Below the pieces are notes generated by a model. It was given only the letters and a program-made list of their open reading frames with translations. It searched no databases and was not told where the DNA came from. Shown piece by piece: positions 1 to 11,714 of a DNA stretch of 64,000 nt. Position 1 is the stretch's first letter, and each line of letters starts with the position of its first letter. The position numbers and the translations under genes are program-made. The stretch is taken from NCBI RefSeq assembly GCF_001194135.2, contig NC_068989.1, positions 80,848,630 through 80,912,629 on the forward strand, given 5' to 3'. The stretch is from Octopus bimaculoides. Its lineage: Eukaryota.

Positions 1-35
<35 letters not shown>

Positions 36-37
<2 letters not shown>

Positions 38-195
38 GAGAATTTACGAAAAAAAACAACAGATGAAGACAGGTGGTGTAAACAACAAATGGATGAGTTA
101 GTATAACGCTCGGGAATAGAGAAAGTCTTTAACGTTTCGAGCCTACGCTCTTCAACAGAAAGGAACACAGAAAGAAACAAGGAGAGAAAAATATA
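36..195 (-). mobile_element. Penelope-like element terminal fragment
   Basis: Contains ctgttgaagagcgtaggctcgaaacgtt on the minus strand, the arrangement typical of Penelope pseudo-LTR hammerhead motifs. No ORF is retained. Confidence 0.5.
125..163 (-). ncRNA. Degenerate minimal type-I hammerhead ribozyme motif
   Basis: CUGUUGA (CUGANGA with A6 to U), A, stem II GAGC-guag-GCUC, GAAA, palindromic stem III AACGUU, UUA site. Confidence 0.45.
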
Positions 196-662
196 TATAT
201 ATATATAAATGTAGTCGTCAGCTATCTATCATGGCGAATGCCGGACAGAAGGATCACAAAATCTACAGATTGGGGACCATCAGCAATATGTGCCTTCACC
301 CAACTGGTGTTCTCCAATCACTCACCTTTTGACAAATTCACTGGAGAATAACATACTATTATAGATGATGATGATGATGATGGTGGTGATGTTTTTTTTT
401 ACTCTTTAGAATGAATACAGTAATGCTGATGAAAGCAATGATGATGTTGATGGTGGTGGTGTTAGTGGTGATGATGAAGATGATGATGATGACGATGATG
501 GCAATTATGGTGACGACAATGGCTATGATGATGGTACTGAAACACACACTATCCAGCTTCTGACGTCTAGAGGCATAGTTGACTCAGTTCCATTATGAAT
601 ACTTCTCCCCTCTCCACCTACCTCCACCTACCTCCACCACCACCAACAACAACAACAACAAC

Positions 663-694
<32 letters not shown>

Positions 695-842
695 CACCAT
701 CACTGCCACCACCATTATTACTATTTAAACATAAATCCACCTTGCCATACTGTAAGTTAATCACCATAGTTTACCCTCGCCTTTCACACACACACACACA
801 CACAAATTGTGTTAAACTTTCTTCTATTTTGTTTCTCTTCAG

Positions 843-887
843 CAGTCAGCTCCACCCAAGATATCTTATTATTAGACTTGCCAAGAT
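843..887 (+). CDS. Candidate 45-nt exon, (A)VSSTQDILLLDLPR in phase 1
   Basis: Long pyrimidine tract ctttcttctattttgtttctcttcAG(cAG) and a GTAAAT donor at 888. Reading frame is ambiguous and not directly compatible with the long frame of the 4027 exon. Confidence 0.25.
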
Positions 888-924
888 GTAAATATATAGC
901 TTTGAAGAGATTTAATATAGTCCT

Positions 925-941
925 AGAGAGAGAGAGAGAGG

Positions 942-973
<32 letters not shown>

Positions 974-1490
974 GAGGAAGAGAGAGGAAGGAGAAAGTGG
1001 AAAAGAGAGAGGAAAAGTATGAGAGAGAGAGAGAGAGAGTAAAAGTGAAGATGTGAATATACTTTTGAAGAGAATGAACATGGTCTTTGAGAGACAGGCA
1101 GACAAATAACACACTGGTGTACAGGAATACAGCAGCGGGAGGAGGGGTAGACAAGAGGCAAATAGAGAGGAATACAGTAAAAAAGGGAGGAGAGAGGTAG
1201 AGAGAGAAGTAGGAGGAACAGACAGATAGCAGACAAGTAGAGAGGCATTTATTAGAAGAGGGAGGGAGAGACGGATGGATGGATGGATGGACGGCAGGAA
1301 AGACAACTGACAAGTAGAGAGGCATAGAACAGAGAGAGAGAGACACAGGCAGGCAGACAGCGAGATAGAGAACTGACAAGTTGTTGATAAAACAAGAGAT
1401 TAAGTAAGAGAAAGGAAGAATGAGAGAGAGCAAGAATATATGAGAGAAAGAGTGAAAGTGAGTGGAAGAGAGAAAGAAGATGAATAAGAG
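925..1490. repeat. GA-rich microsatellite/low-complexity tract
   Basis: (GA)n, (GGAT)n and (GACA)-like runs. Confidence 0.9.
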
Positions 1491-1665
1491 TCTCTCCTCC
1501 CTTTTTTACTGTATTCCTCTCTATTTGCCTCTTGTCTACCCCTCCTCCCGCTGCTGTATTCCTGTACACCAGTGTGTTATTTGTCTGCCTGTCTCTCAAA
1601 GACCATGTTCATTCTCTTCAAAAGTATATTCACATCTTCACTTTTACTCTCTCTCTCTCTCTCTC

Positions 1666-1882
1666 NNNNNNNNNNNNNNNNNNNNNNNNNNNNNNNNNNN
1701 NNNNNNNNNNNNNNNNNNNNNNNNNNNNNNNNNNNNNNNNNNNNNNNNNNNNNNNNNNNNNNNNNNNNNNNNNNNNNNNNNNNNNNNNNNNNNNNNNNNN
1801 NNNNNNNNNNNNNNNNNNNNNNNNNNNNNNNNNNNNNNNNNNNNNNNNNNNNNNNNNNNNNNNNNNNNNNNNNNNNNNNNNN
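1666..1882. other. Assembly gap
   Basis: N run. Confidence 1.
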
Positions 1883-1900
1883 AATCATTATTATTATTAT

Positions 1901-2100
1901 TATTACCTCCGCCTTAGCAAAGGCAGAGGTACTGTTTTCAGTCGTGTTTGTTTGTTTGTTTGTTTGTCCCTGGACAAGATATCTCAAGAACCGTTGGATG
2001 GATTCAGATGAAACTTTCAGGGATGTTTGGCTTCGTGACTGGCACAAACTGATTAGATTTTGGCATTGATCTACTACCAGACAAGGATTCCGGATTATTT
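1901..2100 (+). mobile_element. Helentron-associated (HINE/DINE-1-like) non-autonomous element fragment
   Basis: 5' hairpin ACCTCCGCC..GGCAGAGGT (1905-1930), then a (GTTT)n microsatellite and a ggatggattcagatgaaacttt block. The 3' end was not identified. Confidence 0.5.
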
Positions 2101-2562
2101 GTTGTATTTACTTTACATGAAGTATTACAATATCACGTTCTTTCAAGTCTTTCTCTGATTATCTCCTTTGAAAGCACGCTCATGGTTTCCACATAAGCTA
2201 TGGTGGCATTGCTGTTTCCAAAGTTTTATTTTCGTTTTTCTATTATTAAATTTTACTCGCATCTCTATCTTAGTAGAAACTGAGGGATAAAGAAATCAAA
2301 CTACATAAACAAACAGCAGTGAAACCATTCATAAATTAAATAACACTAACATATTCAGTAACAATAATAAATTTAATCTATCCTCGACAATTTTTAGTTT
2401 TACCAATTTTGAATATATCGCTCCTCTTTAAAACCTCTTACATCATCATCATCATCATCATCATCATTATCGTTTAACGTCGACTTTCCATGCTAGCATG
2501 GGTTGGACGATTTGACTGAGGACTGGTGGAACCCGAAGGCTACACCAGGCTCCAATCTAATT

Positions 2563-2572
2563 NNNNNNNNNN
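2563..2572. other. 10-N assembly gap with duplicated flanks
   Basis: 2533-2562 is repeated at 2573-2602. Confidence 1.
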
Positions 2573-2872
2573 CCGAAGGCTACACCAGGCTCCAATCTAA
2601 TTTGTCAGAGTTTCTACAGCTGGATGCCCTTCCTAACACCAACCACTCTGAGAGTGTAGTGGGTGACAATTTCATTTCTAGTTATTATTGTACCAACCAG
2701 AGTGATTTGTGGTATTTAGTTGCATTTCTTTACATTCTGAGTTCAGTTTCTGCCAAGGTTTAAATTTGCTTTTCATCTTTTCAAGGTCAGTTAAGTTCCA
2801 CCTGTCAAGGACCGATTCCCTCCCTCCCTCCAAGTTTCAGGTCTTATGCCAATGTTTTTATTTTCATGCCAG

Positions 2873-3480
2873 GTGCAGGCGTGGTTATGTGGTAAGAAGC
2901 TTGCTGCCTAACCACATGGTTCCAGGTTCAGTCCCACTACGTGGCACCTTAGGTCAACCACAGCTATATGAGTGGATTTGGTACACGGAAACTGAAAGAA
3001 ACCTGTCATGTGTGTGTGAGTGTGTGCACGTGTGTGTATGTGCACGTGTGTGGGTGTGCACGTGTGTGGGTGCATGTGTGCACATGTGTGTGTACATGTG
3101 TGTGCATGTGTGTGTGTGCACATGTTTGTGTGCATGCATGTGTGTATCTGTGTGCATGTGTATGCATGCATTCATGTGTGCACGTGTGTGAGTGTGCATG
3201 TGTGTGCACGTGTGTGTGTGTGCACATGTCTGTGTATGTGTGTGTGAGTTTATCCCCCACCACTGCATGACAACTGGTGTTGGTGTGTTTATGTCCCCCG
3301 TAACTTAGCAGTTTGACAAAAGGAGACCAATAGAATAGGTAGCAGGCTTAAAATGAAAATAAGTACTGGGAGCGATTCATTCAACTGAAAGTTCTCCAAG
3401 GTAGTGCTCCAGCATGGCCACAGTCTAATGACCGAAACAAGTGAAAGATAAAAAGTTGCAAAGCAAAAGTCTTCAGCCAC
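2873..3480 (+). mobile_element. SINE family B with an expanded degenerate (TG/GTGCAC) interior
   Basis: Head at about 2873-3005, cryptic TG repeat 3008-3246, tail to about 3455. Confidence 0.75.
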
Positions 3481-3663
3481 GACCTTAGGTCAACCAAGCT
3501 ATTGTGAGTGGGCACCTTGATGATGATGACGATGATGATGGTGAGGAGGAAGAGGAGGAGGAGGATGGTAACAGTAATGATGATGATGATGGTGATAATG
3601 ACTGATGATGATAAAGAGGAAGAGAAGGGTGATGATGGTGATGATGATACGATGGTGATTGTA

Positions 3664-3875
3664 GGCGGCGAGCTGGCAGAATCGTTAGCACACCGGGTGG
3701 AATGCTTAGCGGTATTTCGCCCATCACTATGTTTTGAGTTCAAATTCTGCCGAGGTCGACTTTGCCTTTCATCCTTTCGGGGTCGATAAATTAAGTACCA
3801 GTTGCTTATTGGGGTCGATCTAATCGACTGCCCCCTCACTTCAAAATCTCAGGCCTCGTGCCTATAGTAGAAAGG
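3664..3875 (+). mobile_element. SINE family A
   Basis: GGCGGCGAGCTGGCAGAATCGTTAGC..GAGTTCAAATT..GGTCGACTTTGCCTTTCATCCTTTCGGGGTCGAT..GCCTATAGTAGAAAGG. More than 20 copies in the window. Confidence 0.85.
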
Positions 3876-4026
3876 ATGTGATGGGGATTGTAATGGTGGC
3901 TATGATAATGACTGTGATGCTGATGATGATGATGAGGAGGAGGAGGATATGATGATGGTGGTGGTGTCAATAATTTAGAAAAATTTCTTTACTAAAGTTT
4001 CTAACCAAAATTATTTCATTTTGCAG

Positions 4027-4137
4027 CTGATGGAACAGAAATGGAGAAGAGTACGGGACCAGCAAAATTCTGAAAAGCAACTTGAAAGAAACCTTTTGCG
4101 TTATAACCCCATTAACTGGAGTGGGACGCTTAGCTAA
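4027..4137 (+). CDS. Probable terminal exon of a plus-strand gene whose upstream exons lie mostly outside the window: LMEQKWRRVRDQQNSEKQLERNLLRYNPINWSGTLS*
   Basis: Acceptor attatttcattttgcAG at 4026. Phase-0 frame is open for 36 codons to TAA 4135-4137, in unique non-repeat sequence. Protein family not recognised. Confidence 0.6.
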   Translation: MMEQKWRRVRDQQNSEKQLERNLLRYNPINWSGTLS

Positions 4138-5725
4138 AAAAAAAAAAAAAAAAAAAAAACATTTCTTTTTTACCAACCAACAGCTCATTAATTTTCGCAT
4201 TTTAATTAGCAGTTTAGTCCTTTAATTAATTCAGACCAATATTCTTCTTTCTTGGCAAGCTGCAGCACAGAAACATAATTAGTGATAAATTACTCCCATT
4301 TTAAACATACATGTATGTATGTGTATGAATGTATGTGTATGAATGTATGTATATATTTTTGCATATATATGTGCATGTATGTGTTTATGTGCATGTATGT
4401 ATGTATATCTGCATAAGTGTGTATATGTATATATGTATAGGTGTGTGTGCATATATATGTATATGTGTGTGTATGTAAACACACACCTACACACACACAG
4501 AGGTATCCCTTGCATTACAGCTACCTCAGGTTATGAAATTTCGTGCTTACAGAAATTGTGAAGTATGACCCCTAATTTGGGGATACAGTCTATAATTTTG
4601 CCTTTAAAAGAAACTCAGATAGATATTAACAATTTAAAAGCTACATATATATATATCTACTCTCGGAGTGGTTGGTGTTAGAAAGGGCATCCAGCTGTAG
4701 AAACTTTGCCAAATCAGATTGGAGCCTGGTGTAGCCATCTGGTTTCACCAGTCCTCAGTTAAATTGTCCACCCCATGCTAGCATGGAAAGCGGATGTTAA
4801 ACGACGACGTGTGTGTGGTTTGTGTATATGCAAGTGTTTCTATACACCTCACTATAAATACTTACAGAGTTTGAGCAATTTTCACTGTGAATATTTATGC
4901 GTGTGCTTATGTATATTTTAAGTCACAATCAGTGTCTAAATTCCAATCTGTCTTTCTGTCTCAATGTATATATACACACACTATCTATCTAGTCCCACCC
5001 ATGCTAGCAAGGAAAATGGATGTTAAATGATGATGATGACGATATATATAAATCAACATTCACCTCCATCACTGTTCTCAACACTTAACCACTCCCATTA
5101 CTAACCCACCAACTCTTTAATGATGAACAACAGCAGCAGTAGTAAGAACAAGATAAGCAAGTTCATCTAAAATAAAGACAGTCTTACGAGATAATGTGAT
5201 TGTCTATTATTTTAGGCAGCATATTTTTAAAAGTTGAATGAGCTGCTTTTGGTTTTAGGTCAATGGAGATTGACTTGAAGCTAAACAACAATACAATTAA
5301 GAAAAATGTGAACACCACCACCAAAATATCAAGCAAGCCACTTACTTTTGAATAACTAACTGGCAACAACAATAGGAGTTTCAGCATGACAAGGTCTGTA
5401 GCTACATGTGTTTTATGTCAACACAACAGTGATTGGGTCTAAATAGGATGTTAGACTTTTGCCTTAAGTTAGAAATGCAAAGACTATGTGGACATGAACT
5501 TGGTAACTCATCAACTAAGTTTAATCATACAGCACTTCCTCCCGCCTCACCCTTTTCTTCTTCTGATGTCCATCCTATGTCCATCCTTACATCCATAAGA
5601 ATACAACAATTTTTTCACTTACTACATATTTATTGTGGATAACAGTTGATTGCTGCCACTTTTGAATTTACCTACATTACAAAATATCTAGAAAGAAGTT
5701 ATCAAGTGGAACTGAATGCAGTAGG

Positions 5726-5920
5726 GTGAAAAGGAATCATAAAAGGGTTACTCAGGATACTAAACTTGATGTTTTAAAAGGGCTTGATGCAAGAGTAAGG
5801 ATCATCAATAATGCCATAACATTAAATCTTGCACTGTTTGCCGTGGGAACTAATGGGTGACAATAGAGAGAAAATTAAGTGAAGTGCTGGAGAAGTTATT
5901 TTGTTGACTGCCCAAACTTT
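5726..5920 (+). mobile_element. Degenerate Tigger/pogo-like transposase N-terminal HTH fragment
   Basis: KRNHKRVTQDTKLDVLKGLDARVRIINNAITLNLALFAVGT, then after a frameshift DNREKIK*SA. Resembles the CENP-B/psq-type HTH of pogo transposases. Confidence 0.5.
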
Positions 5921-6185
5921 ATTTTTTCATAAATCTGATGTGATGCTTAAAATGGAACAGTTCTTGAAGGTACGGATTGAAGATTGAACTCAACATAATA
6001 TGCCAATAATTTTGAGGCTGTTGTAGGTGACACTTGCAAAGGTGCCATGAGGTGAGATCAAACTTGTAATCATGTGGTCGCAAATCAGAATGATAGTAAT
6101 TTTTGAAAAAAAGAACCAAAAGTTTGTATGACAATCTACGTAAAAAGGGGGAGGTGAAACTTCTTATAAATAGTTTTTTCTGGCT

Positions 6186-6469
6186 ATATATCCGTCACAG
6201 CTGATCTTACCAATCAGTTTCGTGCAAAGAATACAATGGAGTGTTAGGTAACAATCCGATTATATAATCTTATGCTCATCAAAGTTAGCCAATATGGAAG
6301 GGAATATGCTGACTGCTCTCTCTTGTCCGACAATAGAGAGCAGTTGTCATATTCACTTCCATATAGGCTAATTTTGATGAGCAAAGGTTATATAATTGGA
6401 TTGTTACCTAAGACTCCAATGTATTCCTTGTGCAAAACCGATTGGTAAGATCAGCCGTGATGGATATAT
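6186..6469. mobile_element. Fold-back (fully palindromic) MITE-like element
   Basis: Two arms of about 140 bp, about 86% complementary (about 19 differences counted by hand), with a loop of about 3 nt centred at 6328. TA/TATA at both ends. Confidence 0.75.
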
Positions 6470-6559
6470 GATACTATATATTTTGGATAATATACCCACT
6501 CTATTAACAGATATACAAGTGCATCTTTTAGATGACTCACATATATACTCTTTACTCTT

Positions 6560-6945
6560 TTACTCTTTTACTTGTTTTAGTCATTTGACTGCGGCCATGC
6601 TGGAGCACCGCCTTTAGTCGAGCAAATCGACCCCAGGACTTATTCTTTGTAAGCCTGGTACTTATTCTATCGATCTCTTTTGCAAAACCGCTAAGTGACG
6701 GGGACATAAACACACCAGAATTGGTTGTCAAGCAATGCTAGGGGGACAAACAAAGACACACAAACACATATATATATATATATACATACATATACAACAG
6801 GCTTCTTTCAGTTTCCGTCTACCAAATCCACCCACAAGGCTTTGGTCGGCTCGAGGCTATAGTAGAAGACACTTGCCCAAGATGCCACGCAGTGGGACTG
6901 AACCCGGAACCATGTGGTTGGTAAGCAAGCTACTTACCACATATA
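6560..6945 (-). mobile_element. SINE family B
   Basis: Head and tail modules match the 47330 copy. Confidence 0.8.
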
Positions 6946-8916
6946 TATATATATAATGAACATATTGCAAATGGTGGTCTGGTGAAATACAACTCATCAG
7001 AAAAATTTAAAAGAGAAGGCAGAAAGCAGCCATAACTTAGGTAAAGAAAGACAGCAATGAAAGCAGAGTAAAAGAATAAAACACAAACGGACCGAAAAAT
7101 GAATAGTAAAAACGCCATAAAGAGGAAAAGGTATGTAGATATGAACTAGTTTTGGTGAATTGACAGCTAACAACCGACATGGACTATCTATATGTGTGTG
7201 TGTGTGTGTGTGTGTGTATTTATACATTTGTAGGTGCAGGCATGGTGTCGGCACAGGCATGGCTGTGTGGTTAGGAAGTTTGCTTCCCAGCTACATGGCT
7301 TCAGGTTCAGTCCCACTGTGTGGCACCTTGGGAAAGTGTTTTCTGCTGTAGCCTTGGGATGACCGAAACCTTGTGATCGAATTTGGGAGGCAGAAGTTAC
7401 CATCATGTGTGTAACTGTGCATGTAAGTGCTTGTGCTTCTTAAAAATATATACATATATCAAATAAGCGAATGAACAAATAATGTAACTAGTGCTCAACA
7501 TGTAGATTGAGTTGTATCAATTGAGTAAAAGGTTCACTGAGCTCCTCCGACATGTCTTCATATGTCTGAGGAGCTGGTCATGTTTTTTCACATCCACAAA
7601 ACTTTAAGCAACAGAAGGAACTAAATCTTTTTCTCCTCTAGGCACAAGGCCCGAATGCTTGGATGGGGTAGGGGCAGTCAATCAGATTGACCTCAGTATG
7701 CAACTGGTACTTAATTTATTGACCCCAAAAGGATGAAAGACAAAGTCAACGTCGGTGGAATTTGAACTCAGAACGTAAAGACAAATGAAATACCACTAAG
7801 CATTTCACCCAGCATGCCAAAGTTTCTGCCAGCTCGCTGTTTACCAGGCCCCTTAGCATTGATATCAGCAGAGTTAACATGTAGAGTGCAGGTTCCTCAG
7901 AGTTCTGAGCCCTTGGGCAGTGCCCAATTGAGTGACAGCTCAGTCCACCCCTGGTCTGAGTGGAAGTGGAAAGAAATCAGCCAGCCCTGAAAAACAGACG
8001 CTACTGTAGTGGAGACAAAGGGAGAGACATGTTGGAGTGTATTGTTGAGTGTCTTCCTCTTCTCATTAACTGAATATGCGAGTAAGGTATGAGATGAGTG
8101 TGTGAGAAGACATGAGATGCTCTAAGAATTGTGAAGCTTAGCCTTTAAGTGAAGTTGAAGGATCTATACGCATACACACAGATGAGCTTCCATACAGTTT
8201 CCATCTTACAAACTTCGCTCACATGGCACTGGTCAAGGCCGAGTCAGATTTGCAAAAGCGCCATGGAGTGAGATCAAAGAATCAAACCCAAAATATTGGG
8301 GTTACAATACAGCCATACTTGCATCTTGCCAGAATTGTGCCTGTAAATAACTTTATCAACGAATGTGTGTGTGTGTGAGGCAACACTGTGTCCATGGTGT
8401 GTATTTTGAGTTTTAGTAGCGTTGAAGGAGACTAAGTTGTTGTATCCTCATTGGTTGGATCTGTTTATAGAAGTGATACATATCTAGCATAAGACCTCTG
8501 TCTAGGTTGTGCGGGGGTTAAAGGAAGAATGAAAGGTGTTACTTATATCATAAAAATGTGTGGTTAGAAGTATCAGGAAGCATGTCGTTAATATATTAAG
8601 ATCATGCTTTATAGCCAAACCCATATAGACACAAGACTTGACAGTGTTTGGGATGTAAATAGGGCGCATTATCAATATATACTGTGGTAAAGAGGATTCA
8701 GAGTGGAAACTCCCAATGAGAGGCAGATAGGGTATCAATATAGGCAGCTTTATAAGAGTGTAAAGAAATACAGTCAGATTAAGCCAAGGGCAGCAACTCT
8801 TGATGTAGTAATACACGCAAGTCTTCTGAGATTCTGAAACTGGGGTAAATTTAGCGTCAGAGGGTCAATTTGCTGATTCTAGATTTGTGTGTGTCAGTAT
8901 ATATATATATATATAT

Positions 8917-9638
8917 NNNNNNNNNNNNNNNNNNNNNNNNNNNNNNNNNNNNNNNNNNNNNNNNNNNNNNNNNNNNNNNNNNNNNNNNNNNNNNNNNNNN
9001 NNNNNNNNNNNNNNNNNNNNNNNNNNNNNNNNNNNNNNNNNNNNNNNNNNNNNNNNNNNNNNNNNNNNNNNNNNNNNNNNNNNNNNNNNNNNNNNNNNNN
9101 NNNNNNNNNNNNNNNNNNNNNNNNNNNNNNNNNNNNNNNNNNNNNNNNNNNNNNNNNNNNNNNNNNNNNNNNNNNNNNNNNNNNNNNNNNNNNNNNNNNN
9201 NNNNNNNNNNNNNNNNNNNNNNNNNNNNNNNNNNNNNNNNNNNNNNNNNNNNNNNNNNNNNNNNNNNNNNNNNNNNNNNNNNNNNNNNNNNNNNNNNNNN
9301 NNNNNNNNNNNNNNNNNNNNNNNNNNNNNNNNNNNNNNNNNNNNNNNNNNNNNNNNNNNNNNNNNNNNNNNNNNNNNNNNNNNNNNNNNNNNNNNNNNNN
9401 NNNNNNNNNNNNNNNNNNNNNNNNNNNNNNNNNNNNNNNNNNNNNNNNNNNNNNNNNNNNNNNNNNNNNNNNNNNNNNNNNNNNNNNNNNNNNNNNNNNN
9501 NNNNNNNNNNNNNNNNNNNNNNNNNNNNNNNNNNNNNNNNNNNNNNNNNNNNNNNNNNNNNNNNNNNNNNNNNNNNNNNNNNNNNNNNNNNNNNNNNNNN
9601 NNNNNNNNNNNNNNNNNNNNNNNNNNNNNNNNNNNNNN
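8917..9638. other. Assembly gap
   Basis: N run. Confidence 1.
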
Positions 9639-11714
9639 ACACTGCAGCCGAAACGAGATTAACGGAACATGGGCTGTTTGGACGTTGATAATTTTGCACT
9701 TTTAGTATCAGCATTTTATGGCGTTGGAGGCAAACACATACATGCAGAAATTTACACATACAGATAGAATGAGAAAGAAACATTACAATTTATTAAAATG
9801 TCAAATAGTCTGTGCCAAAACATCTCATACTCCACGGTAGTATATGACCAATTCTGGGGAAAGATTATTGTAGAAAATGAGAGAGAATTTGGTATACTAT
9901 TTGAAGTTAATGAAAATAATACCACAAGCACCAGTCATCGTGTTGAGCTGAAATGAATTCCATGTCTAACGAACATTATTAATATGTATAAGTATATTCG
10001 GATGGCAAGCTGGCAGAATCATTACCATGCTGAGCAAAATGTTATTTCGTCCGAGTTCAAATTCCGTTGGTATCAACTTTACCGTTCATCCTTTCGGGGT
10101 CGGTAAAGCAAGTACCAGTTGAGCACAGGGTCAATGTAACTGACCAGCACTCTCCTTGGAATTGCTGGCCTTCAGCCAAAATTTGAAACCAATATGTATT
10201 GATGTATTCTAACTGGATTTGGTCAAAGAGGAATAAAAACGAATTTTGGAAGTCATAACTTACTCTACGTACAACTATTGTCTCAGACTGAAGCAGTTAC
10301 AATCACCAAGGTATCTTGGATTTGGAGCATCTGACCACCCAAGAAGGTGCAAGTTAAAAAATAAACAATGCCACACAATGAAGCAGCTGAGGGGTATCCA
10401 AGAACCATGACCTAAATACAGTCCAACCCCCTTATATTGTAAGAAGGGCAGAAACACTTGCATGCAGAGGGACTAATTCTCTGGAGATCTTCAGCTCTCT
10501 CTAGACTTTCTTACAAATATGCACACTAGTTTCATCAGTTTTTCATATTGTTGTATAATCCCAAATCAGCCCTAATCAAGCAGGCCTATTATCAAAGCCA
10601 TTCCATTTATGACAATCCATCTTAAACACACACACACATATAAACAGGGATTACATTATCTAATGTGTTCTTTTTTCTCTCTAAGACAATAGCGAGGGAT
10701 TTGAGGAAGATTTGGCTGCTATTTCTAGCATGTTAAAGAACCACAGCGGATCCTCCCTTTAATCAGCTTTTGAGGGGTTTTTTTTTTTTTTTTGCGAAGA
10801 TGAAAAGGATAGGTGCCTGTCTTACGTTTAATTTACATAGTTTTGGCTAATGTTTTGTTGATTCGGTACTTTTTGGTTATCTCACCACTAATAAAAAAAA
10901 TGGGTTATTTCCCCTACCCCGCCGCGTTTTACGAGAAATATCGGTACTTTTGGTTATCTCCTTCAACTAATAAAAAAAAAATGTTTAACCCTCAATAAAA
11001 CAAAACAAAAATGAAAAAAATTAATAAACATAGAAAGTGAAAAGATGAAACATGGTTCTGAATCTGTTAATATTTTTATAACAAATTATACAAAACTGAA
11101 AAAATTAATAAACATGAAAACGGAAAAAAAATTAATAAACACGAAAACTGAAAAAATGAAACATCTTACTGAATCTGATAATATTTTTTATAACACATCA
11201 TACTACGATTGTCGTAAAAGGTTGTTCATACCTGGTTTAGTCAGATGTGGGCTGGTTAAACCTCATAATTCTTTTCCAATGCCGCTTAAGTGAAAGGAAA
11301 TCATCCTAGATCTTCCTCAGAATCTAGTTTTAAGTTATCCAAGTTATCTCCCCTGAACTAATTTCGCTTTCTCATATTCCCTATCTATCTATCTATCTAT
11401 CGAAAGATAGATAGATAGATAGACGTGTACACACACACACACAATTGTCGATTCCTTTTGTCCTTCGATTTATCTTTTTGTATTCACTGAGCAATTGATT
11501 AGTTTTATATTATGTTTTTTTTCTATAGTGAAAAAACAAACCCTTTATTTTAATTTTGGAAAATATATAGCTTTTTGTAGAACATTGTCATTTTATAAGA
11601 ATTTGCTGACAAATTTTAAAATTAATATAAACATTTATTTACATGAAAGAAAAGTACCGGAGAACTTCCGTCTAATTCTTCTAAATCTTTCTGTTAAAAC
11701 CGTATTGTGGAGAA

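Noticed and set aside
359-1600. Poly-I/H/S/L/ER ORFs (also 2908-3270, 25154-25439, 39917-40231, 47297-47664, 63093-63640)
   Set aside because: Translations of microsatellites.
2533-2602. 30-bp direct repeat around 10 Ns
   Set aside because: Typical unmerged contig overlap.
4135-4159. Poly-A run immediately after the 4137 stop, suggesting a processed pseudogene
   Set aside because: There is a canonical acceptor upstream, no TSD, and poly-A runs are common throughout the window.
7860-8100. GC-richer unique patch with a possible endonuclease-like ADINAK motif or an exon on the minus strand
   Set aside because: A single short motif with a stop nearby is insufficient to assign.
8857-9783. Long ORFs of 257-365 aa in the track (also 33561-34658, 42538-43450, 1462-2069, 14499-15080)
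   Set aside because: They are open only because they run through N gaps (poly-X).
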